A stretch of DNA of 64,000 bases from an uncultured Gemmatimonadales bacterium (GTDB taxonomy: Bacteria; Gemmatimonadota; Gemmatimonadetes; Longimicrobiales; RSA9), in NCBI GenBank assembly GCA_963798085.1, contig CAWCRS010000007.1, positions 1,849,029 to 1,913,028 on the forward strand, in the 5' to 3' direction. Position numbers and translations under genes: made by a program. Positions 33,091 through 42,601 of the stretch are shown piece after piece; position 1 is the stretch's first letter; each line of letters begins with the position of its first letter. The notes below the pieces were generated by a model that saw only the letters and a list, made by a program, of their open reading frames with translations, searched no databases and was not told where the DNA came from.

Positions 33091-35177
33091 CGCTCGAATA
33101 CCACGCGCCCGTCCTTCACCACCAGTGCAATGTTGCGCATGGCGTGCACATCCTGCAGCGGATCGCCGTCCACCAGCACCATGTCGCCCCGCCGGCCCGG
33201 CGCGATGGTACCGAACTCCGCACTCTTGCCCAGCCACTCCGCGCCGCTGACGGTTGCGCTGCGCAGCACCGCGTCCGCCGGCACGCCGGCCTTCGCGTAC
33301 GACTCCATCTCGTCGAAAAGGCTGCCATCGTCCGTGCCGGCGAGCAGCCGCACTCCCGCCCGCTGCGCCCTGGCAACGAAGCGGCTCATGCGTTCGTAGC
33401 TCTGCTGCCCGTTCGCGAACTGCTCCAGGCTGAAACTCGAGCGCGCCTGGTCCCCGATCGCCTGGATCGACAGCGTCGGATCGAAGCCAATGCTGCTCTT
33501 CACCATCTGATCGATGATCGCTCCCGCCGCCGGCCCATCCGGATCGATCTCGTGCCAGTCCGCCTGCATGCGCGCCACCGGATCACGCCCGGAATCGAGA
33601 CTCTCGTTGCTGCCATCCGGCTGCTCCGCCGGCGGCAAGACATTGCGCCACACGCGAATGTGATTCAGGCCATTGATCCCGGCAGCAATCGCCTGGCTCC
33701 ACGATGTGCGCACGCCAAGGTGGCCCGTGACCGGCAATCCCTGTCGCTTCGCTTCCACGATCACCGCGCGCAGTACGTCCGGCTCGAGCATGAAATACAC
33801 CTTCAGCAGATCCACACCCTGCGCCTTCAGTGAGCGCACCAGCCCCGCGGCCGCGGCCGGGTCGTCCAGCGCCACATCGACGCGCGGATGGTAGCCGCCC
33901 GGCCCATCGATCAGCGGACCGGCCGTGTAGATGGTGGGACCGGGCAGCAGCCCGAGCGCGATGGCATCCTTGAAGCTCAAACCGCGTGTCAGGTCCACAC
34001 CCGGATCGCGGATCGTCGTGATGCCGCGCGCCAGCAGCGCCGCACCGTCGAACGCGGACCAGTAGTGGTAGTGATTGTCCATGAGGCCGGGCACCAGCGT
34101 GCGCCCGTGCGCGTCGATCACGGGCACGCCCGCGGGCGCCGCGCTCGCGCCTTCGCTCACCCCGGCAATGCGGCCGGCGCGCACCAGCACACTCGCGCGC
34201 TCCCGCACCGGCGCTCCCGTGCCATCCCAGACGCGCGCGTTGGTGATCAGCAGATCGCCCGCGGCCGGCATCGCGGTCTCGAACGTCGCGCGGAACGGGA
34301 TCGGCTGTGCCGCGCCACTCGCGAAATCCAGCCGGTAGAGCTTGCGGCCCGCGCTCATGATGGCGCTGCGGCCGTCCGGCAGCACCGCCAGCTGCTTCTC
34401 GTCATAGGGACTGCGGTACACCTCGCGCGCCACACCACCCGCCACGGGCTGCAGCATCACGCGCTCTTCCCCGTTGTGCCGCTCAATGTAGAGACGGCTG
34501 GTGCCATCGGGCGTCAGCGCCACGCCGTACTCATGCACAAGCGGCGTGTTAGTGAGGCGCGTCGCCACCACACTGTCCAGGCGGACACTGTACAGGTCGG
34601 AGCCGCCGTAGCGCCCGGACTCCAGAAACATCTCGCTGCCATCAGGCGACAGCGCGAACGACCATTCGTGCCAGTTCGACGTCGACGTCACCGCCTTCGC
34701 CGCGCCGTCCCGCACCGGCACGCGCCACACGTGCGCGTCGTACTGCGAGCGATCCAGCACGAAGAACAGCTCGCCACCCTTCGGATGAAACGCGATCGGG
34801 CCAATGCCGGCCTCCGTGTGGTACACGAAGCGCGCGCCACCCGTCGCCAGACTCAGCACCACCAGATCCGTGCCGGCCGCCAGCTGGTGCGCGTAGGCAA
34901 TGAAGCGCCCATCCGGTGACCACGCCGGGTGCGTGTCCCAGCCCAGTCCCGTGGTGAGCGACGACGCCTCGCCACCATTCACGGGTACCAGCCACAGCTT
35001 TCCCAGGATGCTCACCGCCACCTGCTGCCCATCCGGCGACACCGCCGGATCGACCGCGTCCTTGTCTACCACAACCTTCCGCACCACTCCACCCACCTGC
35101 GCACGCGCCGGCAGCGCGAGCATGGCGGTCATCCCCGCCGCGCCAACCAGCAGCACAGCCTGTCGCGTCATTCCCAT
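33087..35177 (-). CDS. Secreted amidohydrolase with N-terminal TolB/WD40-like propeller
   Basis: PAVSPDG/PAWSPDG repeats; PGLMDNHYH, GITTIRDPG, LLAGTD, GTIAPGRRGDMVLVDGDPL. Confidence 0.9.
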   Translation of the reverse strand: MGMTRQAVLLVGAAGMTAMLALPARAQVGGVVRKVVVDKDAVDPAVSPDGQQVAVSILGKLWLVPVNGGEASSLTTGLGWDTHPAWSPDGRFIAYAHQLAAGTDLVVLSLATGGARFVYHTEAGIGPIAFHPKGGELFFVLDRSQYDAHVWRVPVRDGAAKAVTSTSNWHEWSFALSPDGSEMFLESGRYGGSDLYSVRLDSVVATRLTNTPLVHEYGVALTPDGTSRLYIERHNGEERVMLQPVAGGVAREVYRSPYDEKQLAVLPDGRSAIMSAGRKLYRLDFASGAAQPIPFRATFETAMPAAGDLLITNARVWDGTGAPVRERASVLVRAGRIAGVSEGASAAPAGVPVIDAHGRTLVPGLMDNHYHYWSAFDGAALLARGITTIRDPGVDLTRGLSFKDAIALGLLPGPTIYTAGPLIDGPGGYHPRVDVALDDPAAAAGLVRSLKAQGVDLLKVYFMLEPDVLRAVIVEAKRQGLPVTGHLGVRTSWSQAIAAGINGLNHIRVWRNVLPPAEQPDGSNESLDSGRDPVARMQADWHEIDPDGPAAGAIIDQMVKSSIGFDPTLSIQAIGDQARSSFSLEQFANGQQSYERMSRFVARAQRAGVRLLAGTDDGSLFDEMESYAKAGVPADAVLRSATVSGAEWLGKSAEFGTIAPGRRGDMVLVDGDPLQDVHAMRNIALVVKDGRVVFER

Positions 35178-35351
35178 CGTCAGTCTCTCCCACGTGCTCA
35201 CGGCGACCGACCCGTCGCCAACGAAACCCGGCGCCCAAGATCCCGCAGTCGCGTCCACCGAGCAAGCACACACGCCCCGTGGCCGCGGGCAGGGGCAACG
35301 ACGGCGATCTCTTGAGACGCCGAAGTGCGCTCAGGCATCAAGGTCAGGCTT

Positions 35352-35412
35352 CATTCCCGGGCCACTCCCCTGCCCGGCCCCAGCCCCAAGCCCCAGCCCG
35401 AGAAACGCATTC
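35352..35412 (+). repeat. Repeat family locus 3: solo (C/G)AGCCC-rich module ending GAGAAACGCA, just beyond the dnaE2 stop
   Basis: TTCCCGGGCC...CCCAGCCCCAAGCCCCAGCCCGAGAAACGCATT matches the modules at 19124-19170 and 47724-47765. Confidence 0.65.
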
Positions 35413-35419
35413 GTAGTTC

Positions 35420-38400
35420 TCAGTGAAAATCCCTCGACCGGTAGCGCACCGGCTCGCGCGTGCCCGAGTCCATCCGCAACTGGCGGAAACGCGAGCCAAT
35501 GATGTTCATCACGCGGTCTTCACGCTCGAATTTCCCTTCCACCACGAGGAACGGCGAGAACTTCACGGTCTCGCGATACTTCGCGTACGTGTCGCGCGGC
35601 ACGATCACGTTGATGTAGCCCCATTCATCCTCCAGCAGCACGAACACCGTGCCCTTCGCGGTTTCCGGATGCTGTCGTGCCACCACCAGGCCCGCGACCA
35701 CGATACGCTCGCCCCCGTACACCGCCTCCAGGTCGCGCGAAGGCACCACACCCGCCGCATCCAGCCGTGCGCGAATGAACTCCAGCGGATGCCCGTGCGT
35801 GCTGATGCCTGTCGCCAGGTAGTCGAGGAACACCAGCTCCGCGCCTTCCAGCTCCTGCGGCGCGAACGGCAGCATCCTCGCCGGCGCCAGCGGCAGCAGG
35901 TCGCCCGCCGCACGCAACGCTTCCCACGCCGCCCGCCGCCGCCCCGGCTGGAACGCCTCGAATGCACCCGCCCTCGCCAGATGCAGCGCATCCGCCCGCG
36001 TCAGCCTCGCCCGCCGCACCACATCCGCAATCGACACGAACGCACCCTCCCCCCGCGCATTCTGCAACGTCTCCTTCGCCACCTCCCCCAGCCCCTGAAT
36101 GTGCTTCCAGCCTATTCGCAATGCCGGTATTTCTGAAGGCGTTGCTGGGGCTGGTTGCCCTGAGGACGGCAACAGCGTTGCTGGCGCTGGTTGCTGGGGC
36201 TCGTTGCTGGGGAACGTCGGTACGGATTGGACGGCGTTTCCCGGGCTCGGGCTCGGGCTGGGGTTCGCGGTTCCGGACGCAACGGACATTCCCCTAACAT
36301 GCTGTTCAGGAAAAGCAACATCGCCGCCGCTGCCGCCGTTGCCGTGGCTGTTTTCGTTGCCGTTCCCCAGCAACGAGCCCGAGCAACCAGCCCCAGCAAC
36401 GCTGTTCCCCAGCCCCAGCCCGAGCCCGTCGTCGCAGACGACCTGGCACTCCCAATCGCCATCCCGCAGACACGGCCCCAGCACGACGACGCCGTGCCGT
36501 CGGGCATCGTGCACCAGTGTCGCCGGTGGATAGAAGCCCATGGGCCAGGCGTTCAGCAGGCCCAGGTAGAATTCCGCGGGATGGTTCGCCTTGAGCCACG
36601 CGGTGGCGTAGGCGATGAGCGCGAAGCTCCAGGCGTGCGATTCGGGAAACCCGTAGTTCGCGAAGGAAAGCAGGTCGCGCACGACTTCGTCCGCGACTTC
36701 CACCGCCACACCCCGCGCCACACAACGATCGCGCAGCCGCGTGAGCGCGCCGCGCAGGCGCTCCACCTTGCGCTGATGACCCATGGCGCGCCGCAGTTCA
36801 TCCGCTTCGCTGGCGCTGAACCCGCCCAGTGCCATGGAGATCGCCATGGCCTGTTCCTGGAAAATCGGCACACCGTACGTGCGCCGCAGAATCGGCTCCA
36901 GCAGCGGGTGCGCGTAACGCACTTGTTCGCGGCCTCGCCGGCGCTCCGTGTACGGGTGCACGAACTTCGCCTGGATCGGTCCCGGCCGGATCAGCGCTAC
37001 CTGCACCACGATGTCGTAGAGCCGCTCCGGCTTCGTCGCCAGAATCGACTGGATCTGTGCCCGGCTCTCGATCTGGAACGTGCCCACCGTGTCGCCCCGC
37101 ACGATCATCGCGTAGGTGCGCGCGTCGTCCACCGGCAGCTTGTAGAGCGCCAGCTTCTCACCCGTGCGCTGCGCAATCGCATCGAACGCCAGATGGATCG
37201 CCGACAGCCCGCCCAGTCCCAGGAAATCGAACTTGGGCACACCCGCCGCATCCAGGTCGTCCTTGTCGAACTGGATGATGGTGCGACCCATGGTGGTGTG
37301 CTCGATGGGCAGCCATTGCCCCAGCGGCTGGCTGGACAGCACGAACCCGCCCGGGTGCGTCGAGCGCAGCCGCGGCACGTCGTCCAGCACCCGCATCGCC
37401 GCCACCAGCGCCCGCCCGCGCGCATCCTCCAGCTCCAGCCCGAACTCCTTCGCCAGCCCATCCTGCAGCAGCAGCACGCCCTCCGATGGCTCCAGCCCGT
37501 GCATGCGCTTCGAGAACTGGAACGCGTACTCCGCCGGATAGCCCAGCGCCCGCATCACATCCTGCAGCGCGGTGGGCGCGTGGAACGCCTGCGTCACCGC
37601 CGTGATGGCCGCGTGCTGCCGGCGGTAGTGGTCGTACATGTAATCCAGTACTTCTTCGCGCCGGTGCATCTCGAAGTCGACATCGATATCCGGCGCTTCC
37701 GTACGACCGTCCGTGCGCACTTCGGAGAGAAACCGCTCGAACAGCAGCCCGTGTCGCACCGGATCCACGGCCGTGATCCCCAGGCAGTATGCTACTGCGC
37801 TGTTAGCCGCGCTGCCCCGGCCCTGACAGAGGATTTCGCGCGAGCGCGCGTAGCGCACGGCATCCCACATCACCAGGAAGAAACCCGCGAAACCCAGCCG
37901 CCGGATGACGCCCAGCTCGTGTTCCAGCTGCGCCCGCTGCCGCTCGTCCACTTCACCCCAGCGATCGCGCGCACCGCCGAACGCCAGCTCGCGCAGCCAG
38001 CTGTCGTCCGTGTGTCCCGCCGGCACCTCGAACGTCGGCAGCGGCGGGCGCAGCCAGCGCAGATCGAAGGCAAGACAGTCATCGACAATGTCGGCCGTCG
38101 CGGACAGTCCCGCTTCGCGACCCCGCCACAGCAGCGCCATCTCGGCCGGCGACTTGAGCCGCCACTCCCCGTTCGGCAGCAGCAGACCCCACGATGCCGC
38201 CGTGTTCACGCACACACCGGCGCGATTCGCCGTCAGCAGGTCGTGCGCCAGCCGGCCCGCACTGTCCAGGTAGCGCGCATCATTCGCCACCACCCACCGC
38301 ACCCGGCCCCGCTCCGCCAGCTCGATCAGCGCCTGCGCCAGCGCCGACTCCGCTCCCCCCGCATGATGCAGCTGCACCTCGATCGCCAGCCGCGACCCGA

Positions 38401-38938
38401 ACACCTCGCGCCAGCGATCCAGCAGGAACACCGCTTCCGACGACCGCCCCGTCCGCACGTGCGTCGCGAATTCTCCCGACGCCGGCCCCGTCAGACACCA
38501 CAGCCCCTCACTGCGCAGCGCCACATCCTCGAACGACAGCGCCGGCTGCCCCCGCTCCGGCAGCGGGACCGCGTACTTGCGATACAACGGACCACGCGAA
38601 TGGGAAGGCGTGGCCGGGACAACGTTGTCGCCCCACCTTCCGACTTCGCCCACCCGTGACTTCGTCACCAGCGCCGCCAGGTTCCGGTAACCCACCGCGT
38701 CGCGCGCCAGCAGCGCCACCGGGTAACCCTCCACCTCCAGCTCCGCGCCCACCACCGGCTTGATCCCCGCCACCTCCGCCGCCAGCGTGAACCGGATCAC
38801 ACCCCCCACGTCTGCATGATCCGTCAGCCCCAGCGCCCCGTAACCCAGCGCTGCTGCCCGCCTCACCAGCACTTCCGGCGACAGCACGCCATCGCCGAAG
38901 GAAAACGCCGTGTGCGCCCGCAATTCAATGAAGGACAA
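35420..38938 (-). CDS. dnaE2: Error-prone DNA polymerase DnaE2 (ImuC), with a ~100-aa repeat-derived insertion
   Basis: PHP domain (ELRAHTAFSF, LGLTDH), CQGRGSAANS, PDIDVDFE, HPGGFV, KFDFLGLG, FQIESRAQ, YGFPESHA, WPMGFY, OB fold, terminal SRDFH typical of DnaE2; TTG start after GGGGGAG. Confidence 0.96.
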   Translation of the reverse strand: MSFIELRAHTAFSFGDGVLSPEVLVRRAAALGYGALGLTDHADVGGVIRFTLAAEVAGIKPVVGAELEVEGYPVALLARDAVGYRNLAALVTKSRVGEVGRWGDNVVPATPSHSRGPLYRKYAVPLPERGQPALSFEDVALRSEGLWCLTGPASGEFATHVRTGRSSEAVFLLDRWREVFGSRLAIEVQLHHAGGAESALAQALIELAERGRVRWVVANDARYLDSAGRLAHDLLTANRAGVCVNTAASWGLLLPNGEWRLKSPAEMALLWRGREAGLSATADIVDDCLAFDLRWLRPPLPTFEVPAGHTDDSWLRELAFGGARDRWGEVDERQRAQLEHELGVIRRLGFAGFFLVMWDAVRYARSREILCQGRGSAANSAVAYCLGITAVDPVRHGLLFERFLSEVRTDGRTEAPDIDVDFEMHRREEVLDYMYDHYRRQHAAITAVTQAFHAPTALQDVMRALGYPAEYAFQFSKRMHGLEPSEGVLLLQDGLAKEFGLELEDARGRALVAAMRVLDDVPRLRSTHPGGFVLSSQPLGQWLPIEHTTMGRTIIQFDKDDLDAAGVPKFDFLGLGGLSAIHLAFDAIAQRTGEKLALYKLPVDDARTYAMIVRGDTVGTFQIESRAQIQSILATKPERLYDIVVQVALIRPGPIQAKFVHPYTERRRGREQVRYAHPLLEPILRRTYGVPIFQEQAMAISMALGGFSASEADELRRAMGHQRKVERLRGALTRLRDRCVARGVAVEVADEVVRDLLSFANYGFPESHAWSFALIAYATAWLKANHPAEFYLGLLNAWPMGFYPPATLVHDARRHGVVVLGPCLRDGDWECQVVCDDGLGLGLGNSVAGAGCSGSLLGNGNENSHGNGGSGGDVAFPEQHVRGMSVASGTANPSPSPSPGNAVQSVPTFPSNEPQQPAPATLLPSSGQPAPATPSEIPALRIGWKHIQGLGEVAKETLQNARGEGAFVSIADVVRRARLTRADALHLARAGAFEAFQPGRRRAAWEALRAAGDLLPLAPARMLPFAPQELEGAELVFLDYLATGISTHGHPLEFIRARLDAAGVVPSRDLEAVYGGERIVVAGLVVARQHPETAKGTVFVLLEDEWGYINVIVPRDTYAKYRETVKFSPFLVVEGKFEREDRVMNIIGSRFRQLRMDSGTREPVRYRSRDFH
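36139..36428. repeat. Repeat family locus 4 inside dnaE2, including a 46-bp inverted repeat (36171-36216 / 36361-36406, 2 mismatches)
   Basis: Reverse complement of the left arm CGTTCCCCAGCAACGAGCCCCAGCAACCAGCGCCAGCAACGCTGTT versus right arm CGTTCCCCAGCAACGAGCCCGAGCAACCAGCCCCAGCAACGCTGTT. Confidence 0.9.
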
Positions 38939-38988
38939 GTCGACTCCCCCAGACCCACCCCGAAGCCCCACCCCATCCCGATCTGCCC

Positions 38989-39017
38989 AACCTATCCCGA
39001 ACAAAACCCGAAAGCAA
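38989..39017 (-). promoter_or_regulatory. Putative sigma70 promoter of dnaE2 with candidate operator in the spacer
   Basis: TTGCTT-17 bp (TCGGGTTTTGTTCGGGA)-TAGGTT; similar to the element upstream of imuA. Confidence 0.6.
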
Positions 39018-39409
39018 CTCTGCCCTTCACTCCAACCCCCGCGGAGAGCCGCGAGGGCGCCGGGACTTGCTTTTCACATTGGAATCCGACGGCGAGACCG
39101 GATCGGTCCGGATCGCAACAGCGCGGGCCGCTTCTCCAGCACTTCACAATGTCCACATTCTCTGCGCGGCAGAATACTTCGAATGAAGCTCAACGACATC
39201 CCGTGAGCAGCTCAGTGGTGGGAATCAACGGGATGTCATGTCCGCAAACAGCATGTTAAACCGCCCCCGACACAATCCTGTCCCGAGCCTCACCCGACAC
39301 GTCGCATCACCTGAAACAGGAACGCAGTACGACCCCGGAGAAGACCCGAAGCGCGCGCCGGAGCCTCCCCACTCACTGCGCGTCCCGCGCGACTCTCCCG
39401 GTGAAGCGT

Positions 39410-39862
39410 TCAGATGCCGAGGCGGAACCCGACGGTGACGACTTTCTGCCCGCCGCCCGAGGTATTGCGGATCTCGGCGAACAGGCCGAAGGGCACGCGC
39501 GCGCCCAGCAGCACTGCAAACTGCGTGTTAGTATCCTTCGGTCCGTTGTCCACGGCCAGGTGCGCGAAATTGAGGCCGGCGCCCACGTAGGGGCCAATGC
39601 CCAGCAACTCGAGCCCGACGGTGGCGGCCGGCGTGATCTCGTAGTAGTTGCAGTTCTTGCAGTGTACGAACCAGTCGAAGGAGCCCAGCAGGTCGAAGCG
39701 CAGCACGCTGCCCGCCAGCTTGAAGTTCACCCGTCCACCCACACCAAGGTGGCGATCGTCACCCCACGAGGCCTGCGGTGCAATGCCGATCTGCGCGGCT
39801 GCCGGTCGAGCCGCCAGCACACCCGCCACCACCATTGCGGACAACAGCGCCCAACGTTTCAT
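39410..39862 (-). CDS. Small outer-membrane beta-barrel-like protein
   Basis: ATG after GGAGGA, signal peptide ending AAA-Q, amphipathic strands, PYVGAGLNF, terminal VGFRLGI. Confidence 0.75.
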   Translation of the reverse strand: MKRWALLSAMVVAGVLAARPAAAQIGIAPQASWGDDRHLGVGGRVNFKLAGSVLRFDLLGSFDWFVHCKNCNYYEITPAATVGLELLGIGPYVGAGLNFAHLAVDNGPKDTNTQFAVLLGARVPFGLFAEIRNTSGGGQKVVTVGFRLGI

Positions 39863-40096
39863 CCGTCCTCCTTGCCGGGTCGACTCGGATTGCGCGCCGG
39901 TCTCTGCTCCGCAGGCGCACACGTCTCTACCGCTCCAGCGGCAAGGAAAGTGCCGCATGACGGCGGAAAGCCGCCTCTCCGCGTGGGCCCGTGCATCTGG
40001 CTGAGCCCGTGTGACCGCCTCATAATGCGGTTTCGCGCGTGCGCCTCGCCTCGTGCGGGCGTACGCCGTCACGTCCCTCTCCGGAATCATCCTGTC

Positions 40097-41458
40097 ATGA
40101 AGAGTGAGAATCCCGCCACCGGCGAGCTGCTCGCCAGCTTTTCCGAAATCTCCGATGCCCAGCTGGAGGATCGCCTTTCCCTGTCGGAGCGTGCGGCGCG
40201 CGAATGGCGAACCACCGGTTTTGCCGAGCGTGCCCGGCTCATGCTCGAAGCCGGCGCCATCCTCGAGCGCGAAAAGGATGCGTTTGCCCGCACCATGACG
40301 CTGGAGATGGGCAAGCCCATTGGCGCCGCCGTCGCGGAAGCGGAGAAATGCGCCTGGGTCTGTCGCTATTATGCCGAGAACGCCGAGCATTTCCTCGCGC
40401 CCGAGGAAATCAGCACCAATGCGCGTCGCAGCTGGGTTGCTTTCCAGCCGCTCGGCCCGGTACTCGCCATCATGCCCTGGAATTTTCCCTTCTGGCAGGT
40501 CTTCCGGTTCCTCGCTCCCGCGATCATGGCCGGCAACACGGGCCTGCTCAAGCACGCCTCCAACGTGCCGCAGTGCGCGCTCGCCATCGAGGACATCATG
40601 CGCCGCGCCGGCTTGCCCGACGGCGTCTTCCAGACATTGCTCATCGGGTCCGCACGTGTGGAGCGCGTGCTTGCGGACAGCCGTGTTCGAGCGGTGACGC
40701 TCACGGGCAGCGAGCCCGCCGGCAGTCAGGTGGCCGCCGCAGCCGGCCGCCTCATCAAGAAGTCCGTGCTCGAGCTCGGTGGCAGCGATCCGTTCATCGT
40801 GCTGCCCACCGCCGCCCTGGAACAGGCGGTCAGCACAGCGGTGAAGGCGAGGGTGCTCAACAACGGGCAGTCGTGCATTGCCGCCAAGCGCTTCATCGTA
40901 CACGAACGCATTGCCGACGAATTCGAGCAGCGCTTCATCGACGGTATGCGCGCGTTGCGCATCGGTGATCCGCTGGATCCGCAGACCGACCTCGGCCCGC
41001 TCGCCACCGCCGACATCCGCCGGACGCTGCACGAGCAGGTCGAGGCTACGGTGCGCGCGGGCGCCCGCCTGCGGCTCGGAGGACACCCCCTCGACCGACC
41101 GGGCTACTATTACGCTCCAACCGTGCTCACCAATGTGCCGCCTGCCTCACCCGGCGGGTACGATGAGCTGTTCGGTCCGGTCGCGACCCTCTTCCGTGTG
41201 CCCGACCTGGATCACGCCATTGCGCTCGCCAACGCCACGGCCTTCGGGCTGGGCAGTGCCGCATGGACGCAGGATGCCGACGAGCAGCAGCGCTGCATCG
41301 AAGAACTGGAAGCGGGCGCTGTCTTCATCAACGGCATGGTCGCATCCGATCCCCGCCTGCCCTTCGGCGGTGTCAAACACTCGGGTTACGGCCGGGAGCT
41401 CTCCGCCTTCGGCATCCGCGAGTTCGTGAACATCAAGACGGTCTGGCAGGGCGCCTGA
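40097..41458 (+). CDS. NAD(P)-dependent succinate-semialdehyde dehydrogenase (Sad/GabD1-like aldehyde dehydrogenase)
   Basis: SENPATGE, IMPWNFPFWQVFR, LLKHASNVP, TLTGSE, LELGGSDP, NNGQSCIAAKRF, ELFGPV, PFGGVKHSGYGREL. Confidence 0.93.
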   Translation: MKSENPATGELLASFSEISDAQLEDRLSLSERAAREWRTTGFAERARLMLEAGAILEREKDAFARTMTLEMGKPIGAAVAEAEKCAWVCRYYAENAEHFLAPEEISTNARRSWVAFQPLGPVLAIMPWNFPFWQVFRFLAPAIMAGNTGLLKHASNVPQCALAIEDIMRRAGLPDGVFQTLLIGSARVERVLADSRVRAVTLTGSEPAGSQVAAAAGRLIKKSVLELGGSDPFIVLPTAALEQAVSTAVKARVLNNGQSCIAAKRFIVHERIADEFEQRFIDGMRALRIGDPLDPQTDLGPLATADIRRTLHEQVEATVRAGARLRLGGHPLDRPGYYYAPTVLTNVPPASPGGYDELFGPVATLFRVPDLDHAIALANATAFGLGSAAWTQDADEQQRCIEELEAGAVFINGMVASDPRLPFGGVKHSGYGRELSAFGIREFVNIKTVWQGA

Positions 41459-41590
41459 GTTTTCGCCAATGACGGAAGAACACGGGTTTCTGCGCATTTA
41501 GAGCGACAATGTTGGACGGCGCGTGCCGGCCACATCGGTCCGACAATGCCAGGCAACGCTCACGCTCGGGGGATACAACGTTGCGTGCTC

Positions 41591-41618
41591 TTGACACCAC
41601 TCCCTTTTGCAGCATCTT
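41591..41618 (+). promoter_or_regulatory. Putative sigma70 promoter about 210 nt upstream of the outer-membrane protein gene
   Basis: TTGACA-16 bp-CATCTT. Confidence 0.35.
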
Positions 41619-41723
41619 TGCCAGCGACGTTCGGCGGGCGTCCCTGGTAGTCAGCCTGGAACCGATTTCGAGGAACGAAGTGCCAGCTTCTGACGCTTGC
41701 CCGAATCTGCCCCTACGATCAAG

Positions 41724-41760
41724 AATGGCGCGTACCTCGTTGCGCGCCATTTCCATTTTT
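41724..41760 (+). terminator. Intrinsic terminator-like hairpin
   Basis: AATGGCGCG-10 nt-CGCGCCATT followed by TCCATTTTT. Confidence 0.45.
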
Positions 41761-41825
41761 CCCGTTGCACCCGGTCGAGGCCTGTAATCCAGGTCGAGTT
41801 CACCTCTTTCTCAGGGAGCGTTGCA

Positions 41826-42437
41826 ATGCGGCGCACTTCACTCACGTTCGCGATTGTCGGTGTGTTGACCATGGCGGGAGCCTCGGTGGCGTGGGCCCAG
41901 AATTCGGGCTCGGGCTCCAATGGCATCGGCCTCGTAACCGTGCCCAGGGCCTCGGCAAAGCGCGCAGACAGCGGCGGCTTCGGACCAGGCTATACGGACG
42001 TTGGGCCGACCGTCGGCCTCGGGGGCCTCGGAGGCGCCAGCCTGTCGATCGGCGGGCGGCTGGAGCACGGCTTCAAACCACTTCCCAATCTCGGCAACGG
42101 CGTCCTGTCGGGTCAGGTCGGCTTCGAGTATTACCACTATTCCAACTTCGGCGCCGGCTTCACCTACATTCCGATCGGTGTCACAGCCAATTACCATTTT
42201 CATATCGAAAGCAACGTCAAGATTGATCCTTTCCTGGGACTGGGCCTTGGCTACCGGATCGTGACCACGTCATACAATGGCCTTGGCTCGTACAGTGCCA
42301 GCGGAGTCTATTTCGTCGGGCGCGCGGGACTTCGCTACTTCCTGAATGATAAGATCGCCGCATATGGTGATGTCGGTGCGGGAGCAGCGGCGATCGATCT
42401 GGGGATCATGTTCAAGTTGGCTGGCGCACAGAGCTGA
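41826..42437 (+). CDS. Outer-membrane beta-barrel protein
   Basis: Signal peptide (AWA-Q), Gly/aromatic amphipathic strands, IDPFLGLGLGY, GRAGLRYF, DLGIMFKL. Confidence 0.8.
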   Translation: MRRTSLTFAIVGVLTMAGASVAWAQNSGSGSNGIGLVTVPRASAKRADSGGFGPGYTDVGPTVGLGGLGGASLSIGGRLEHGFKPLPNLGNGVLSGQVGFEYYHYSNFGAGFTYIPIGVTANYHFHIESNVKIDPFLGLGLGYRIVTTSYNGLGSYSASGVYFVGRAGLRYFLNDKIAAYGDVGAGAAAIDLGIMFKLAGAQS

Positions 42438-42601
42438 TCGACATGGGTCACTCGCCTGCGCGCAGACAATGTTTCGCAGGCGAGTGATTCCAAGCAGGAC
42501 CGTCAGCTTGGGTACTTGGATTCGACAATCGGTACGAAGCACATTTCGCCCCGGCGTGGGCGCGGTTGATCCCGCATGCACGCTGAGGCGACTGCATTTG
42601 T

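Noticed and set aside
36128..36427. Intein in DnaE2
   Set aside because: No intein splicing blocks or terminal His-Asn; the insert is low-complexity and matches the DNA repeat family.
39195..39237. 10-bp hairpin GACATCCCGT/ACGGGATGTC upstream of dnaE2 as an ncRNA or terminator
   Set aside because: Single stem with a long loop, no U-tract and no other support.
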